From Bugula neritina (taxonomy: Eukaryota; Animalia; Bryozoa), in the NCBI GenBank assembly GCA_964035545.1, contig OZ037773.1, positions 215,751-279,750 of the forward strand: a DNA stretch of 64,000 nucleotides, in the 5' to 3' direction. Of the stretch, positions 12,880-32,530 are shown piece after piece; within the stretch, counting starts at the first letter, position 1; the number at the start of each line of letters is the position of its first letter. The notes under the pieces were generated by a model. The model was not told the DNA's origin and made no database searches. It saw only the letters and a list, made by a program, of their open reading frames with translations. The translations under genes were made by a program, and so were the position numbers.

Positions 12880-15800
12880 CTACTGTTGTGAGCAAGACGG
12901 ACCATGACCATGCATACCGTCCATTTCATCATCTTCACTGTCGTCATAATGTGCTGAATGGAAGCCATGATACCCAGGGAAGCCTGGTGGATAGCCATGG
13001 AAATGCTGCAACACAAGAAGTCATTATAGTAATACTGATAAGGAAGTAGTAGTGATACTGATAAGGAAGTAGTAGTGATACTGATAAGGAAGTAGTAGTG
13101 ATACTGATAAGGAAGTAGTAGTGATATTGATAAGGAAGTAGTAGTGATACTGATAAGGAAGTAGTAGTGATATTGATAAGGAAGTAGTAGTAATACTGAT
13201 AAGGAAGTAGTAGTGATACTGATAAGGAAGTAGTAGTGATACTGATAAGGAAGCAGTTAAAAGCAGCCGATAGCTACGTCTCGAAACTAACCGGGTGCCG
13301 CTGCTGCCGCTGCCTTCTACGTGACTCATCGTAGTCAACAAGCGGTACTTCCTCTGCTATCCCAGAATGCATCACATCAACTCGCTTGGGTAAAGATTTT
13401 TCTAGAAGCTAAAAATTTGACAAGAATTAGAGGTGATGATGTCCAAACCTCTAGCACATTATAATCCATACAGTAATCATCAAAAGAGCTCATTGTAGAG
13501 ATTCAACGACCTGTAAGTCAACCTGTATATAGTTTTGCATTTAACAAAGGACGTTTATGACGCAAACTCCAAGAGAACAAAATTGAATAGACAGTATTGG
13601 AGCCGTCAGGAGTCAGAGTCGTCCAACAACATATACGATGACCAAGAATAACTGTCCCTTCTCCAAACTAAAACTTCCCCCTAAATAAAAAAAAAACATA
13701 AATACCTTCAACTTTCTTTCCGGGAGGTAGTTTGGTGGAGGAAAGGCGACAGTAAACTTGATGAGGAGTTGACCCTTGTTGAAAGGGTTCCTGTGTTGAG
13801 GCATGCCTTCACCTGTGATAGCACGGAGGGCGTTGTGTGGCACCACTTTACCTGAGATTAAGAAGCAAAAGCATTTAGACATCCACTAGAAAAGTGCATT
13901 AAGGGATCACAAAAGCATTTCAGATGCATTTCTACTCTCTAGCAACCATTAATATAGGAAATGCCAAAATAATGATGATGAGAAGGAAACTGGAGATGAG
14001 TCAGACATACCAGGAGGGGATTCAATGAGTAGCACCCTTTTATCTAACGTCTTGATGGTCTTCTTAAACCCTATCAATGATTCTGTGATATTGATCTCCA
14101 TGTCCATAGCCAGGTCTGAAAGTATGTAACAGGAAGATACTACTGCTGCCGCTGCTACTACTACTACCACTACCACCACTACTACTGCTACTACTACCAC
14201 CACTACTACCACTACTACCACTACTACCACTAGTACTACTACTACTGCTGCTGCTACTACTGCTACTACTACTACTACCAATACTGCTGCTACTACTACT
14301 ACTACTACTGCTACTACTACCACTGCCACTACTACTACTACTACTGCTGCTGCTACTACTACGACTACTACTGCTGCTACTACTAATACTACCACTACTG
14401 CTACTATTACTACTACTTGCTGCTTACACTAACCTAACTCCTGTCTCTTGAACACTTTGTGAGGCAGCTCGTGTAGGATTACGAGAATGTCACCAGGTTC
14501 TATTCCGGGTTCCTGATCTCCTTCGCCATGGAAGGTGATTTGGTCGCCATCTTTCATTCCTACATTGATATAAGTAAAAGCTGTCACTACGCGCTTATTA
14601 CTAGTCACTAGTCTACATGACAGTGAGTAATAGACTGCAATTATTGCAGACTTGTAATGAGTTGGGTAAAACATAGATTTACGATTAGGGTACGAAGTAA
14701 ACTAACAGATGAAAAATTGTGTAATAACAGGCATTACAAAACCACAAGGTAAGACAACTGTTTCAGTGTAAGCAGTGAATGTGTCCAATTTAATGTGAAG
14801 TGAAAAATAAAGAATTATTATTAAACTAGGTATGAATTTTGTTTATTTTCACAGACATCTAGACCTACCTTTATCAATGTGAACTTCCAACACTTTCTTT
14901 TCACCAACAACTTTTTTGGAGTTACAGTCCTTGCACGCATACTGTGGGTCTACTATTTCCCCTCGACCTCTACAGTCCTTGCACATTCCCTGCGTCTGCT
15001 GCATCATCCCTAAACCGATCTGCGGTGGTAAACAGATTATTCAATACATAATATATTAGAATACTATGTATAACCTAATATATACAATGTATTGAAGTAC
15101 TATGTATTATTACCTAATAAATAATATGCAACATCAGACTGAAGTGGTAACAGACAGTCCCACCTACCTGCTGAAGTTTAACTTGTATACCAGTTCCCTT
15201 ACAGCTGTAGCATTTCTGTACGGCACCTTCTTTAGTACCACCAGTACCTACACATTTACACATAGGCTCAATGTCAAGGTCAAATTCACTATTGTAGTTT
15301 CTTTGGATAAATGTGTGCAATATATATGAGCAACAATCACGTACCTTCGCACCCTTTACAGATCACATTTTTATTCGCAGCAATTTTCTTCACAGTACCA
15401 TTATACAGGTCTTCTAGCGTTACCTGCAGTGAAATGCAGTTCCAGATCAAATGAGTAGAAAGTGACATCAGCAATTTATAGTAACTTTCAGTACACACGT
15501 AACCAGCACAACTTACACTATACAAGTAATGTACACTACACAAGCAACCTACACTAACTAAAGTGACTTACACAACACGAGTGACTTACACAACACGAGT
15601 GACTTACACAAAACAAGTGACTTACACAACACGAGTAACTTACACTACAGGAGTAACTTGTACAACAAATGAAATATAAACACAAAAACCTAAACACATT
15701 TATTGTTTGGTTTGAAAACCAGGTGATTGTTAACTCAAAGTGATTTTCGGGGAGACTTAATTGACAATTAGACAATTACAACTTCTAACTAACGTCATTT

Positions 15801-16989
15801 CAGCTGATATTTGATAAGACTTTATATCTTTCAGGCAGTAAAACTGTGTACTGGAGACGCGTCACGAGTCTCTCTCTCTCGAAGTAGATACTGCATCACC
15901 CACCTTCAGCTGATGCTTGGTACTCCTGCCCTTGCGAGGACCTTGACTTTGCTGCCTCCTCCCTCCACTTCCACCAAAGAACATTTCAAAGATATCCATT
16001 GGCGAATGGAAAGCTCCGTCACCACCTGAAATATGCGGCTACAGCAATGAGACCAGCTGGTGTAGAATACCTCTACATATACCCCCTACCTGCATATACC
16101 CCCTACCTGCATATACCCTCTACCTACATATACCCTTTACATATACCCCCTACCTACATATACCCCCTACCTACATATTCCCGCTACTTGCATATAACTT
16201 CTACCTGCACATATACCTTCTACCTGCATATACCCCCTACAGACATATACCCTGCCCCTACCTGCATATACTCTTTAAAAGCATGTACCCCTTACCTGCG
16301 CCCTCTCTGATAGCCTTCTCCCCGCCTTCATCGTACAACTTTCTTTTATCATGGTCGGCTAATACCTCGTATGCCTGACTGATCAGTTTGAACTGTAAGC
16401 ACACACAGCAAGTATTAATATTTAAAAGAAATTCACAGGTTTAGGCTAACATTTTAAAAAAATTGAATAAAAAAACTGAAAAACATAAAACAAAATGCTG
16501 AAAGGACTTTCTATATAATTCCACTGTTACTATTTCACTGTTACTATTCCACTGTTACTATTCCACTGTTACTATTCCACTGTTACTATTCCACTGTTAC
16601 TATTCCACTGTTACTATTCCACTGTTACTATTCCACTGTTACTATTCCACTGTTACTATTCCACTGTTACTATTCCACTGTTACTATTCCACTGTTACTA
16701 TTCCACTGTTACTATTCCACTGTTACTATTCCACTGTTACTATTCCACTGTTACTATTCCACTGCTACTATTCCACTGTTACTATTCCACTGCTACTATT
16801 CCACTGCTACTATTCCACTGCTACTATTCCACTGCTACTATTACTGACCTGCTCAGCCTTCTCTTCGTCATCAGGGTTTTTGTCGGGATGGAGTTTTAGT
16901 GCTAATTTACGATAGGCTTTCTTTAGCTCAGAGTCGCTGGCAGAGGTACCGACCCCCAGCAGGTCGTAGTATTTAGTTTCCTTCACCAT
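12880..16989 (-). CDS. DNAJA1: DnaJ subfamily A (type I Hsp40, DNAJA1/2/4-like), 429 aa
   Basis: 11 in-phase exons: 16989-16849, 16392-16296, 16025-15904, 15423-15345, 15247-15168, 15019-14869, 14559-14434, 14115-14011, 13851-13706, 13408-13292, 13005-12880. It has a J domain [13 protein letters not shown]...LHPDKNP, a G/F region ([12 protein letters not shown]), CxxCxGxG zinc repeats, a C-terminal domain ([20 protein letters not shown]) and the CaaX end CSQQ*. The paralog assignment within DNAJA is uncertain. Confidence 0.93.
13025..13253. repeat. 23-bp minisatellite x~10, last intron of DNAJA
   Basis: AGTAGTAGTGATACTGATAAGGA in tandem. Confidence 0.95.
14138..14417. repeat. (ACT/ACC/GCT)n trinucleotide tract filling a DNAJA intron
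   Basis: Source of the spurious poly-Val ORF 13949..14395. Confidence 0.95.
16068..16300. repeat. Degenerate 17-bp repeat containing copies of the DNAJA exon-2 donor
   Basis: TACCTGCATATACCCCC units; the - strand reads GCAG|GTAGGGGGTATAT versus the real donor GCAG|GTAAGGGGTACAT. Confidence 0.85.
16519..16843. repeat. 14-bp minisatellite (TTCCACTGTTACTA) x~23, abutting the donor of DNAJA coding exon 1
   Basis: Directly visible; a T>C variant is clustered at one end. Confidence 0.95.
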
Positions 16990-19519
16990 CGTCTAATCTG
17001 TATAGTCTAAAACATATTTCAGTTTTATCCTATGTCAGAAATGAGAATTTCATAAACACAGAAAATCATAATTTCTATCCCGTAACTACATGGAAAAGGA
17101 CAAAAAAACTCAACAGTTTAAGGCCTTAAATTTAGCTATGTATACAGCAAAGAGAAACTGAAAAAATCTGCAGCTTCTGAGTTACAATAGCAATTATGAA
17201 AAGAAATATAAGACTGAATTATTCATACTGAAACCAACAGCTCATACTGATGCTTTTATTCCAATGTTAAACTAAAGCAATAGCAGTTAGAATTACAGCA
17301 GACACAAAGTTGTTACTCAACACTAAAGTTTATAAGAGCCTGATTTATGAAGCGAAAATAAAAACGTGCATATGAATCATTAATTATCAAATATAGATAC
17401 CAGAACTCAGTGTTATTCAATAAACAAAAACCAACTGCTTTCAACTAACCACAAATCTATAACAGATCTACTGATCTCACTACCAACAACAAAAATTATT
17501 CTATTTGAATTGATGACATATAAATTTCAATACTATTCAATAGGCCAAACTGGTTACCTAATTGGTATTGTCAAAGTTTCAATAACTAAATTGGAAGTAA
17601 AATATTTGTGAAACTCATTCCTCAAACTAATTGAGTATCACAATTGCCGAGTTTCAGCTAAAATGTGAGTTCAAATACAGTAATAAAATATTAGCAGCAT
17701 GTTTAGGCCTGCTACTAAAAGATATAACTACAATACATAACCCAATAAACAATAATTATCGATTATTGAGTAAACCATAGACAGAGTTCGGGGGTGCATA
17801 CTGATCTTGCGCCTACGTGTAATTTAAATAGTTTAGGTAAGACTTGGGGCTAGTCACCATATCTAGTAAAAGTATCAGAATCAGTGAGAGTTGAGTATTA
17901 GTACGAGTACTGGCAATAGTATGCTATGCATTAGTATTATGATTATCACTTTCACTATGACTCATCACTGACAAGCGGTTAGTGATAACTATGCTAGGAG
18001 CATGTGTCACTTCAAGCCGACATTTATCTATAAATATCATCGAAATTATAAATATAACACTATTAAAGCAATAACGTAATATTTATGTAATCATAGTAAT
18101 TAGTACTACTATTGTCTTTGGGTTAATTTTAGTAACAACTCTAAGGTTTTTTCCATAGACCTGTCACTAAAACTGTGTAATACTTGTGTAATACTGAATT
18201 GAATAGTAATAAGTAATAAATAATACCGCATAGGTAAATAAGTAAAAATATTAAATAAATAATAACTAAATAACCATAAACCATTGAAAATATATATGAG
18301 ACAACCACTATCACTTATTAGAGTAGCAGACAGTTGGCATTAATATCGGCAGAGAAGAATGTTCACTACAACAGCTTCTTTTGAACAATATGAGACTTGA
18401 GAATAAATATAATAACAAAATCAGCAATGTGTCATATCCACAGTAATGTATAAAGGGATGCATTTAACTTGCACATTTTGTGATAATTAGATGTTCTATG
18501 GACATAGAGTGGGTAGAGTGAGAGTATGACCATAACTAACAGCAATGTGATAGCGATACTGTGTTAGTGATTACTCATTAGACATTGAATGCCTAATGAG
18601 AAATGACTAACTTAGCCTCACTACCATGTATAGTTAAAACTATTACGATGAGTATGAGGACATAAGTATGTATGACTATCTTTATTACTATTAGAAATGC
18701 TACATTGGTAAATTATATTCCTAAATTTACAGCTAGTGTTACAGTTTTAATAGCAACACTAACTGTAAGTTGATGAGTATAATTTATTATTAGTATTACT
18801 ATTTACTGATTTCACGATTAAAATGACCACTATGTTAAAATGCATATTCTAATAGTAATACTAATAGTAATACTATTATCATTACCATTAAACTTAGTAT
18901 CTAATATCTATCATTTATAATTATATCAATATTCATATTAATATTATAAGTATAAATCATTATGATCATCATTATGATTATGATTAAGTTCAACGAGCAT
19001 CCGATTTAGTATAAGTATTACTTATCTGATTTACTTCCAGTACGAGTATGGCATTGACTATCAGTATGAGTATCACTATGACTATCAGTGTCACTATGAG
19101 TTAAACTTGAAGCATAACTAAGTATTACTATTAGTATTAGTATAAGTAATCCGAGAGGTCTTGGGACTTAACCCAATCAAGATCAAGATCAAGTATGACT
19201 TATTTATTATAAAATATCCTCCTTAATTTTAAAAGTAGTAGTAGTACTAAGAGTAAGAGCAAGACTAATCCTAAGAGAAAGACTAAGAGAAAGAGTTAGA
19301 GTAAGTTTTGTTGTTGAACTGCAAGAGTCTCAATCTGAATCTGCAATTTTACTTTCACTTTGTCTTTTACTTTAACTTTAAGGAAATGCAGTTTCAGTTT
19401 GAGTTTGTATTTGAAGAATAAAAATACTTTAAGTTTATTATCGGTTAAAGTTGAAAACAAAGTTTTGTAAGTTTACAGTATTATTAAATTCAGTATTATA
19501 CAACATAGTTTTGAGGAAC

Positions 19520-19930
19520 CCTTTCCCTTTGACCTAGTCATATGGCCTATGGGTTATGACTCGATGTGAACGAGTGACTACGCAATGAAATAAAACTGAT
19601 TACACAATGGTCGCAACTATACACGCTATCGTAAGCCGCTATAGCCAGAGTGGTATACACCACACTGCTATAGCCAGCGTGATGTAGGAAAAACAAAGAG
19701 GAGATAACTCTATGCTGAAAGTTTTTCCTCTTCAGTTTCTGGAATCATTATGTTCTTTTCAACTACAATTATTGTAGCAAGCAAAACTAATAAAAATGAA
19801 TATATTTACAAATTCAGATTTAAAAAATAAAAAAGGTATAATAAAGCTATGAAAAAAACATAATCCTGAGCGGTGACACGGCATGTCGTAGCGAGTAAAA
19901 TTATTTTCTGTTTTTCAGACTCACGTAAAT
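19520..19930. promoter_or_regulatory. Probable bidirectional promoter region shared by DNAJA (-) and SRP54 (+)
   Basis: The genes diverge and each has a splice acceptor just 5' of its ATG (17007 on -, 22992 on +), so both have upstream non-coding exons. This block is the CpG-richer, non-periodic island between the two periodic tracts, with candidate donors at 19895 and 19925. The TSS positions are inferred. Confidence 0.45.
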
Positions 19931-21329
19931 AATAATCCTACTGACTTGAAACTCATGACAATCATCATGATCTTTATACATTATGATTATCATTATATTA
20001 TTCTTATAATATTGTTCATACCCATATTGGTTTTGAATGGGTTGTTATTGATGTCTAAATTGTCATTTGTAAAGGTTGCTCATTATCTTTTGCACTTAGA
20101 GCTAGTCTTACACTTACAGTTTGACTTTCACTTGCTCATGCTGGCAGTGGCTTACACTTACAGTTACTGTTAGTGTTACGCTTGCAGTTGCTCATATTGA
20201 TATTGATATTCATAGTCATAGTGGTAGTGATAGTCTGTTAGTCATTCTTATTTTAATTCTTATTATGATTTTCATACTCATAGCCATAGTCATAGTGATA
20301 GTATTATTTTTATTATTATTATTAATATTATTATAAAATTATCTTTAAGTTTAACTTCAAGTTTAAGTATACTAAATTTAATACAACTACATAATGATTA
20401 TCATATTCATATCGATATTCAATTTTATATTTATATTCATATTGAAAGTGATATTGATATTAATTAATTTAAAAAATAGTAGTTTGATTTTAATTTGCTT
20501 TTAGTTTTAGTTAAACTTCGAGTTAAATTTAATCACAATGAACAATCAAATATCATAATCAAAATGGTGAAATTAACAACATAGCTTAAAGCTTAAACTA
20601 TCACTATGACCCTAAGAGTATAACTGAAAGTGCTTTTACTCACTTAGGAGCGGTAGTATACTGGTAAGTCATCAGATAAGTGGGGTATGCCATGTAACAT
20701 GTCTAAGAGCAAAATAATTTATACTAATACTATACAAAATCCTTCGGTGTTTCACTGAAGCTAGGTTAAAGGTTCTATAAGCATTTATCAAAGGAAATAT
20801 TAGATACTAGAAAATGTTTAGGTAAAGGTAAAAAAGCTATCTACAGGGTTCTTGATAAAGCGCAATTGATTGCATACAAAGCATTGCGTCTACTGCACCT
20901 TGGGACCCAACCTGCAAGAAGGCTATTTATGACTTGAAACAAATACAAGTAGATCATATACAACTTGTAGCCAGTATCAATCTTGAAAGCGCCATGAAGA
21001 AACTTTAGCTACAGTCCCCTGAATAAAAAAAAACTAAACGTCTTAATTTTCTTTTGAAAAATTTTGGCAAAGAAGGAAAATATCTGGCGCTCAGCTCTGC
21101 TTATGATGATATGATTAGTTGCTGCACAAGCCAACCAACATTACTATACAAACTCGCTTCCAAGCAAGGGGGGGGGGAGCAGTTTCGATCATTCAGGCTA
21201 ACAATACCAAGTATCTCAACAGCTTTCTCTTGAAAACTATCTGAAATTTAAAGAAATCTCACACAGGTTTATAGTCGCCATCCCTGTGAGAAACCCCTGA
21301 TGGAAAGGGGTTTTTTATTAAATCAAGCT

Positions 21330-21471
21330 AAGGATTCATTTAGATGGGTCACAGAAGCAATTACGACTGGATGCTCTTTTTAACATTACCAATGGCCTTT
21401 TTTTCCGGGGTTTGAACTCATGACTTCGTGTCTACTAAGCAAACGCTTTAACCCTTAAACCACGGCTGCGC
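21330..21471 (-). mobile_element. tRNA-derived SINE head plus conserved body segment (Meta-domain-like)
   Basis: The - strand reads GGCGCAGCCG TGGTTTAAGGG (A-box-like) ... GAGTTCAAACC (B box), followed by CATTGGTAATGTTAAAAAGAGCATCCAGTCGTAA. This resembles the GGAAGGGCATCCGGCCGTAA core of invertebrate tRNA-SINEs. The 3' boundary is uncertain. Confidence 0.6.
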
Positions 21472-23031
21472 CCAACTATCAGGGATTTGAAGATTGGTTT
21501 AAATCAACCCAATAACTCAGAGATCTCTACATAGACAAAATTAAGTTCCTGTTTAGTCACTTCAACTCAGCATGTATTAACTGTATGACTATTGTCAAAT
21601 GACTGCCCAATTTATTACCCATATGCAGCACATCCTTTCTTCCTTTTATACTGTTTCAGTGTGATGATCACTTTGAGCAATTTAAATTTAGTAAGTCCAA
21701 GTAAAGTTAAAATAACTAGGAATTTACTTTAAATTTAATTCAACTAATACTAATCTAAACTCTGAACTTAATCTGATGTCACTCTCAACTTGATAACATT
21801 ACATATGAAATAAAATATAATTATACTAGTAGTTGTATAAAATTGAAAATTATTTCAACTAGACGCGACACTCACAAGTCACAATTGCACTTAGTCTCAT
21901 TCTTGGATTTGGTAGCTTCTAATTACTGTTAGTGATAGACTTAGTGTTAAACTTAAAGTGAATACTATTATTACGTCAAACAGCGTTAGCGCCTAGTCTT
22001 AGACTTAGAGCTTGTTTTATCAATTACACTTGCGAATATCAGGTCTCCTAGCTACAGTAACTGGCAATTCGTATGTTTACATTCGCGAAATTTTTTCTGT
22101 CACATTATATTCCATTTTTTGACTGGTAGACGATCGGGTTTTGCTCTTCTGAAATTCATGAAATCTTCACCACTACCAATTGCCAAAATCAGATAATCAT
22201 TTGTTTTTCTTATGTTCTCCTTCTACTATCTTCTTGCAGTCACTGAAAATACTTGTCTCTTGCATCATGCACTAGTTGCTGCCTTTTCTATTATTGTAGT
22301 CATATTTCCTAATGGGAAGTATCTGATCTTGCCTTTAACAACTCACATACCAGTTTCAAGATCCTGTTATTGTTATCACCTATTTGTTTTCTCAATCCCT
22401 TTGTCACTGTGAGGTGCTCCTCTAATTAGGCTCTTTGTAAATTTTTCTTCCTATGTAAGCTGCCGAGCTGCATTTTGCAGGCCATTGTCATTCTTAGTCT
22501 GCTAGTTTCTTTCTCTTAACATACAGTCTGGTAACTTTTGGTGTGGGTTGAGTGCTCATTGCAATTACTTTCCTTGTGTTTCCATTTATCTCTTTTCAGC
22601 TCATTAACCTTTCAGCTGTAACTTCAATTGTTTGATATAATAATATATTAAAGGTTACCTGCTAACAGCTGATTTCCTTGTTCTATATGTTTAAGTTTTA
22701 TCATTCATTTAGAATTTCAATTTTCAAAATATTTGAATCTTGGCATATTGTAAATGTAGCCCGAGACTACATAAACTGTACTGAGCATTTCCACCCAGTT
22801 TCAGGTACTAAATTATCAGCTTAAAAGTAGAACTACGTACATAGTTTGATTTTGACCATATTTGTTGATCGTTGTTGGTAGTGTCATTAACTGTTTTTAG
22901 GAGCCTTGAAAATATATGTGGCTATGAAGTCCAGTAGATTGCTTTCTTAAATATTAATGATACAAGTCTTGTACAAGTTTATAGATTTTTAGGTTAGATT
23001 TTTCACAAACTGAGTCCAAGTTGGAGCATAA

Positions 23032-28850
<5,819 letters not shown>

Positions 28851-29956
28851 TGCAATACCAACACAAACACTCCGAGTATGAATATAACTGTCATGGTGTT
28901 TACACAATATGGAGACGTAATATTTTCATTTTTATCTTCAAGGAGACACACTATTTTTATAATAATATATCATGGAAGTCTTACCATTAAATCTTCACCT
29001 TCTGCTTCTACTATTTTCTTACTGCCTTCTCGCCATCTCCTTCTTTATAGTCTGGTTTTCAGTCTCTTTTCTCTTGCATTCAGTCTCCTTTCATTGGCTA
29101 CTCCTCAATCTGTTCAGGCCTGCTCTTCAGTCTTTCTTTCATCAGCGTCAACTTAATCTGATTTTCAGTCTTTCCAGTGTCTGGATTTCAGTCTACTCTG
29201 CAGTCTAATTTTTGGCCATCTCAAGTGTCCATTCTTATGATATAAACTAATGAGAAATTATGTCATCCTGTAACTGTCCTCTCATTAAATTCCCAACGCA
29301 TCTCAAAACTTTATTAAATTTGTTTGTTTGTTGTATTAATTACTTACTAATAAAATGTTGTTGTAAAGTTAACATTCATGGCATACTCTGAACGCAAATG
29401 ACACGCAGCTGCAACACAAACACTTCATAAGTTGTGTAAACTCCTGCCATGTTTAAGAGGACATAACTCCTTACATCACCACAATAATTATACTCAATTA
29501 CAACTCTAACCTCTATTAGCTGAGTAATTTTGTTCAGCCAGGAAGAAGCAAGTAATGGTAGCATTTTAACATCCCATTCTTTAGTTACTGTTTATATGTT
29601 TTACAACATGCAGCTATGAAAGTCTATTCAGTTATCGCGTTGATGTTGAAGAAGTATAGAAGTCTTGCAGAGCTCTTGTTGTATTGTCTCCTCCGGTTCC
29701 TGCAGTATCTTGTTATTCAACAGAAAGTAACAGCATGTCTCCTTTGTACTAAGTATTTGTGAAGTATGACTTATACATGGTAATATTATAACATAATATT
29801 GTTCATAGGTACTTTCGTTAAATTAGTAACTCTAATTATTGAAAATTAGCATCAAAAAATTGTCACTAGTTTATAAAAGTGTAAACACTGAGTTAAAGTT
29901 GAATGTAGTCTAAAGAGCCAACAAGACAGCCTATGATTGTTAATAATCTTACTTAA

Positions 29957-30725
29957 AGGATTGCTCAATCTTAGTTTATTACAATCACATTATAATTATG
30001 AACTATAATTTAATGTGTATGCAAACAATTGTGACTTTGCAAAGGGATATGTGCCTAGAAAACAGCTTTTCAAAATTCCAATTTTGAGGGCGGTAAAATT
30101 TTCAGCCATGAAAAAGAATAGCCTAATACGTGACGTGTGAACGCCAGTAACTATGCTGCACGTGCTAACTATAACGCTAGTATTCAAGGTTGCTGAGCAC
30201 AATATCAACCAATAACGCTCAAGCAGTTACAGTGCGCTATATAGGTCAACTTTGGTGCGCCCGTAATATTGCACAATCTGACCTAGTTTAGATCGATCGC
30301 AGGCATTCATCCTAAAGAATGCATGCTTTTGCAATGCTTTTTTCTAATGGTTACAAGCAAAATATAGCCTAATGTTATTACATACATGTTATTTAAAATG
30401 TCAAAAAACTATAGATTAAGAGAATTCACATTTGCACTTCTATAAATATACAAATTACGAGCTGAAAGATCACATCTCACAGTCATATTTCTATAGTTAT
30501 TCATTTGTATAGTCACGTGACCAGCAGGAATGCTGGCGCTGTTACGTCACAGTTCCCAGCTCATTTCAAAATCGGTGTTTTGGCTGTTACCAATCTACAC
30601 CCTCAACTTCAACTAACTTTTTCTACCTTTGGTCAAATGCTTTTTGTCAATGCATGCTTAGAAAAACACAATATTATGTGTGTTTGACCTAAATGGCCAT
30701 TTATTAAACAAGATAGAGCAATCCT
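29957..30725. mobile_element. Non-autonomous DNA transposon (MITE), Kolobok-type
   Basis: TTAA at 29953-29956 and 30726-30729 flanks the terminal inverted repeats AGGATTGCTCaATCTT.../...AAGATaGAGCAATCCT. A TTAA target duplication with AG..CT termini fits Kolobok rather than piggyBac (CCY termini). There is no transposase ORF inside. Confidence 0.75.
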
Positions 30726-32530
30726 TTAAACTCAGTAGTATGCTATAGAGTTGTCTTCTCTATAGGTTTATTCACTCGCAATGAAGCTACGGTAATTGCA
30801 TTCTAGGAATAAACAGTTTTTGCCATGATAACAAATGTACATGTGATTGTAACCTGGACTGTCATTAACTTTGTAATTGTCACTCAACTGCCTTGACTTC
30901 TTCTAATTATACACTTCATTTGTTGTGTGCTGTGAACTGTAGACATCATTGCATGGGCAAAATATGTCATTCTGTATGCTGTCGCCACTGCCAAACATAA
31001 TTGAGAGTTTACAGGAAAATTTTACTTGCATTGAAAAAAGTAGTCAATTGCTAGTGGTACTGTGTGCTATGATTTAGCAGGACTATTGACTGTGAAGCAT
31101 TCTGCAGTCGCGGGTGTTCACAAACGTTACTAATTTTGCTATTGACTTTTTTCAATAAGTTTCATTTTCTATTCTAGATGGTTTTGTTTACAATTTATAA
31201 TATAAATATTCTTTTAGTCTCTCATGACTCCCAGACAAGTGTGTCAAAGGTGACTCAAATTGTTTATACGACACTCTAACTTCCGCTGATATGCATTTAT
31301 TCACCATATCATTTACATCTTTGTGAACATATCTATTACCAATGTAGATTTTGCTCTCTACCACTTGAGCGCATGATTAGACAACTTTCATTTTCTTTGC
31401 TGGGATTTCGAACTAGTAAGGAAGTTGTAAAGCTATGTGTTGTAAATCTACCTAGTGATTAGTTTAGTTGCTAAAACAACATATTGAAATGGGACTGCTT
31501 AGGCCTTAGTATAGTGTAGAGTTAGGAGTGAAGGGCTGTCCACAATGTTAAACTCTCTTGTTCAAGGACATTCATTGCAAGTATAGTTTATCTAATCAAA
31601 GTAATGAAAAAAGAAAATACACATTTTATTTATTTGGACATCGTAACTATGAGTCGTTTTGGTAGAAATAAGACAGAGTATTCAATCATCTTTCTTAAAC
31701 TATGCATATTTTAAGTTCTAAAAAACTATAAAACGCATATTTGATCACTTTTACAAAGAAATAAACTGCTTGAGGAAATGTATACATTATAATCTTGGCT
31801 ACACAACCTTAGCCTACTAGTTTGATAGTTTATGATCAATAAACTTTCCCATAATGCATGAACCTCTAAGAAATTACTCAATTTAGTTTGACAGAATTGT
31901 AGACATGAAAGAATCGCAGTATTGCTATTTTATGCCACAAAAGTAGAACTAACAGAGTCTAATAATCAGACAAAGGGGGTATTCAGAGTAAAAGATGACT
32001 TTATTTTAGTGTTTATCCAGCATTCGATAGTATAGAGAGAAAAACATTTATACATGTTCGCTAACAAAATTACAATAAGGAACCCCCCCCCTCTGGAGAG
32101 TATTGCTTGTGCCACACCTCCAACTGGCAGCTACAACAGAGGAGGGTTTGCATTTATATGTGGAGGTTGGTGGAAATACAGAAGTTTTAGTGCAATATGT
32201 TGACATCTAACAACATAAAGTGTCCTATATTTTATTATATTTAGTGTTCCATTCAAATTGAAATCAGTGCATTGCACAATACCTTCCTTATCAGCATATA
32301 ATAGATAAAACAATGTTTGCTGAAAGGGGTGTGTGTCTCATGACATGTAATCAATGTGTCATCAAATTCACAAGTGGGGCGTTTACCTATAAACCCAATG
32401 TTGAAGCCTAGTTTTAGGAACTGAGTCTTCATTTATCAGTTTGTGCAAGAATCTCTTGCAACTTGCTAGTCTATTCAGTTTTCTGCCATAGCTCTTACAG
32501 GCACATCTCTCCGTCACTCTAAGCTGTATC

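Noticed and set aside
19730-19760. Heat-shock element upstream of DNAJA (TTCtgGAA)
   Set aside because: Only two nGAAn units are in register, which is too weak to call.
19946-20336. Hydrophobic ORFs resembling membrane proteins
   Set aside because: By-product of the 6-bp periodic AT-rich tract (alternating residues); no ATG start or splice support.
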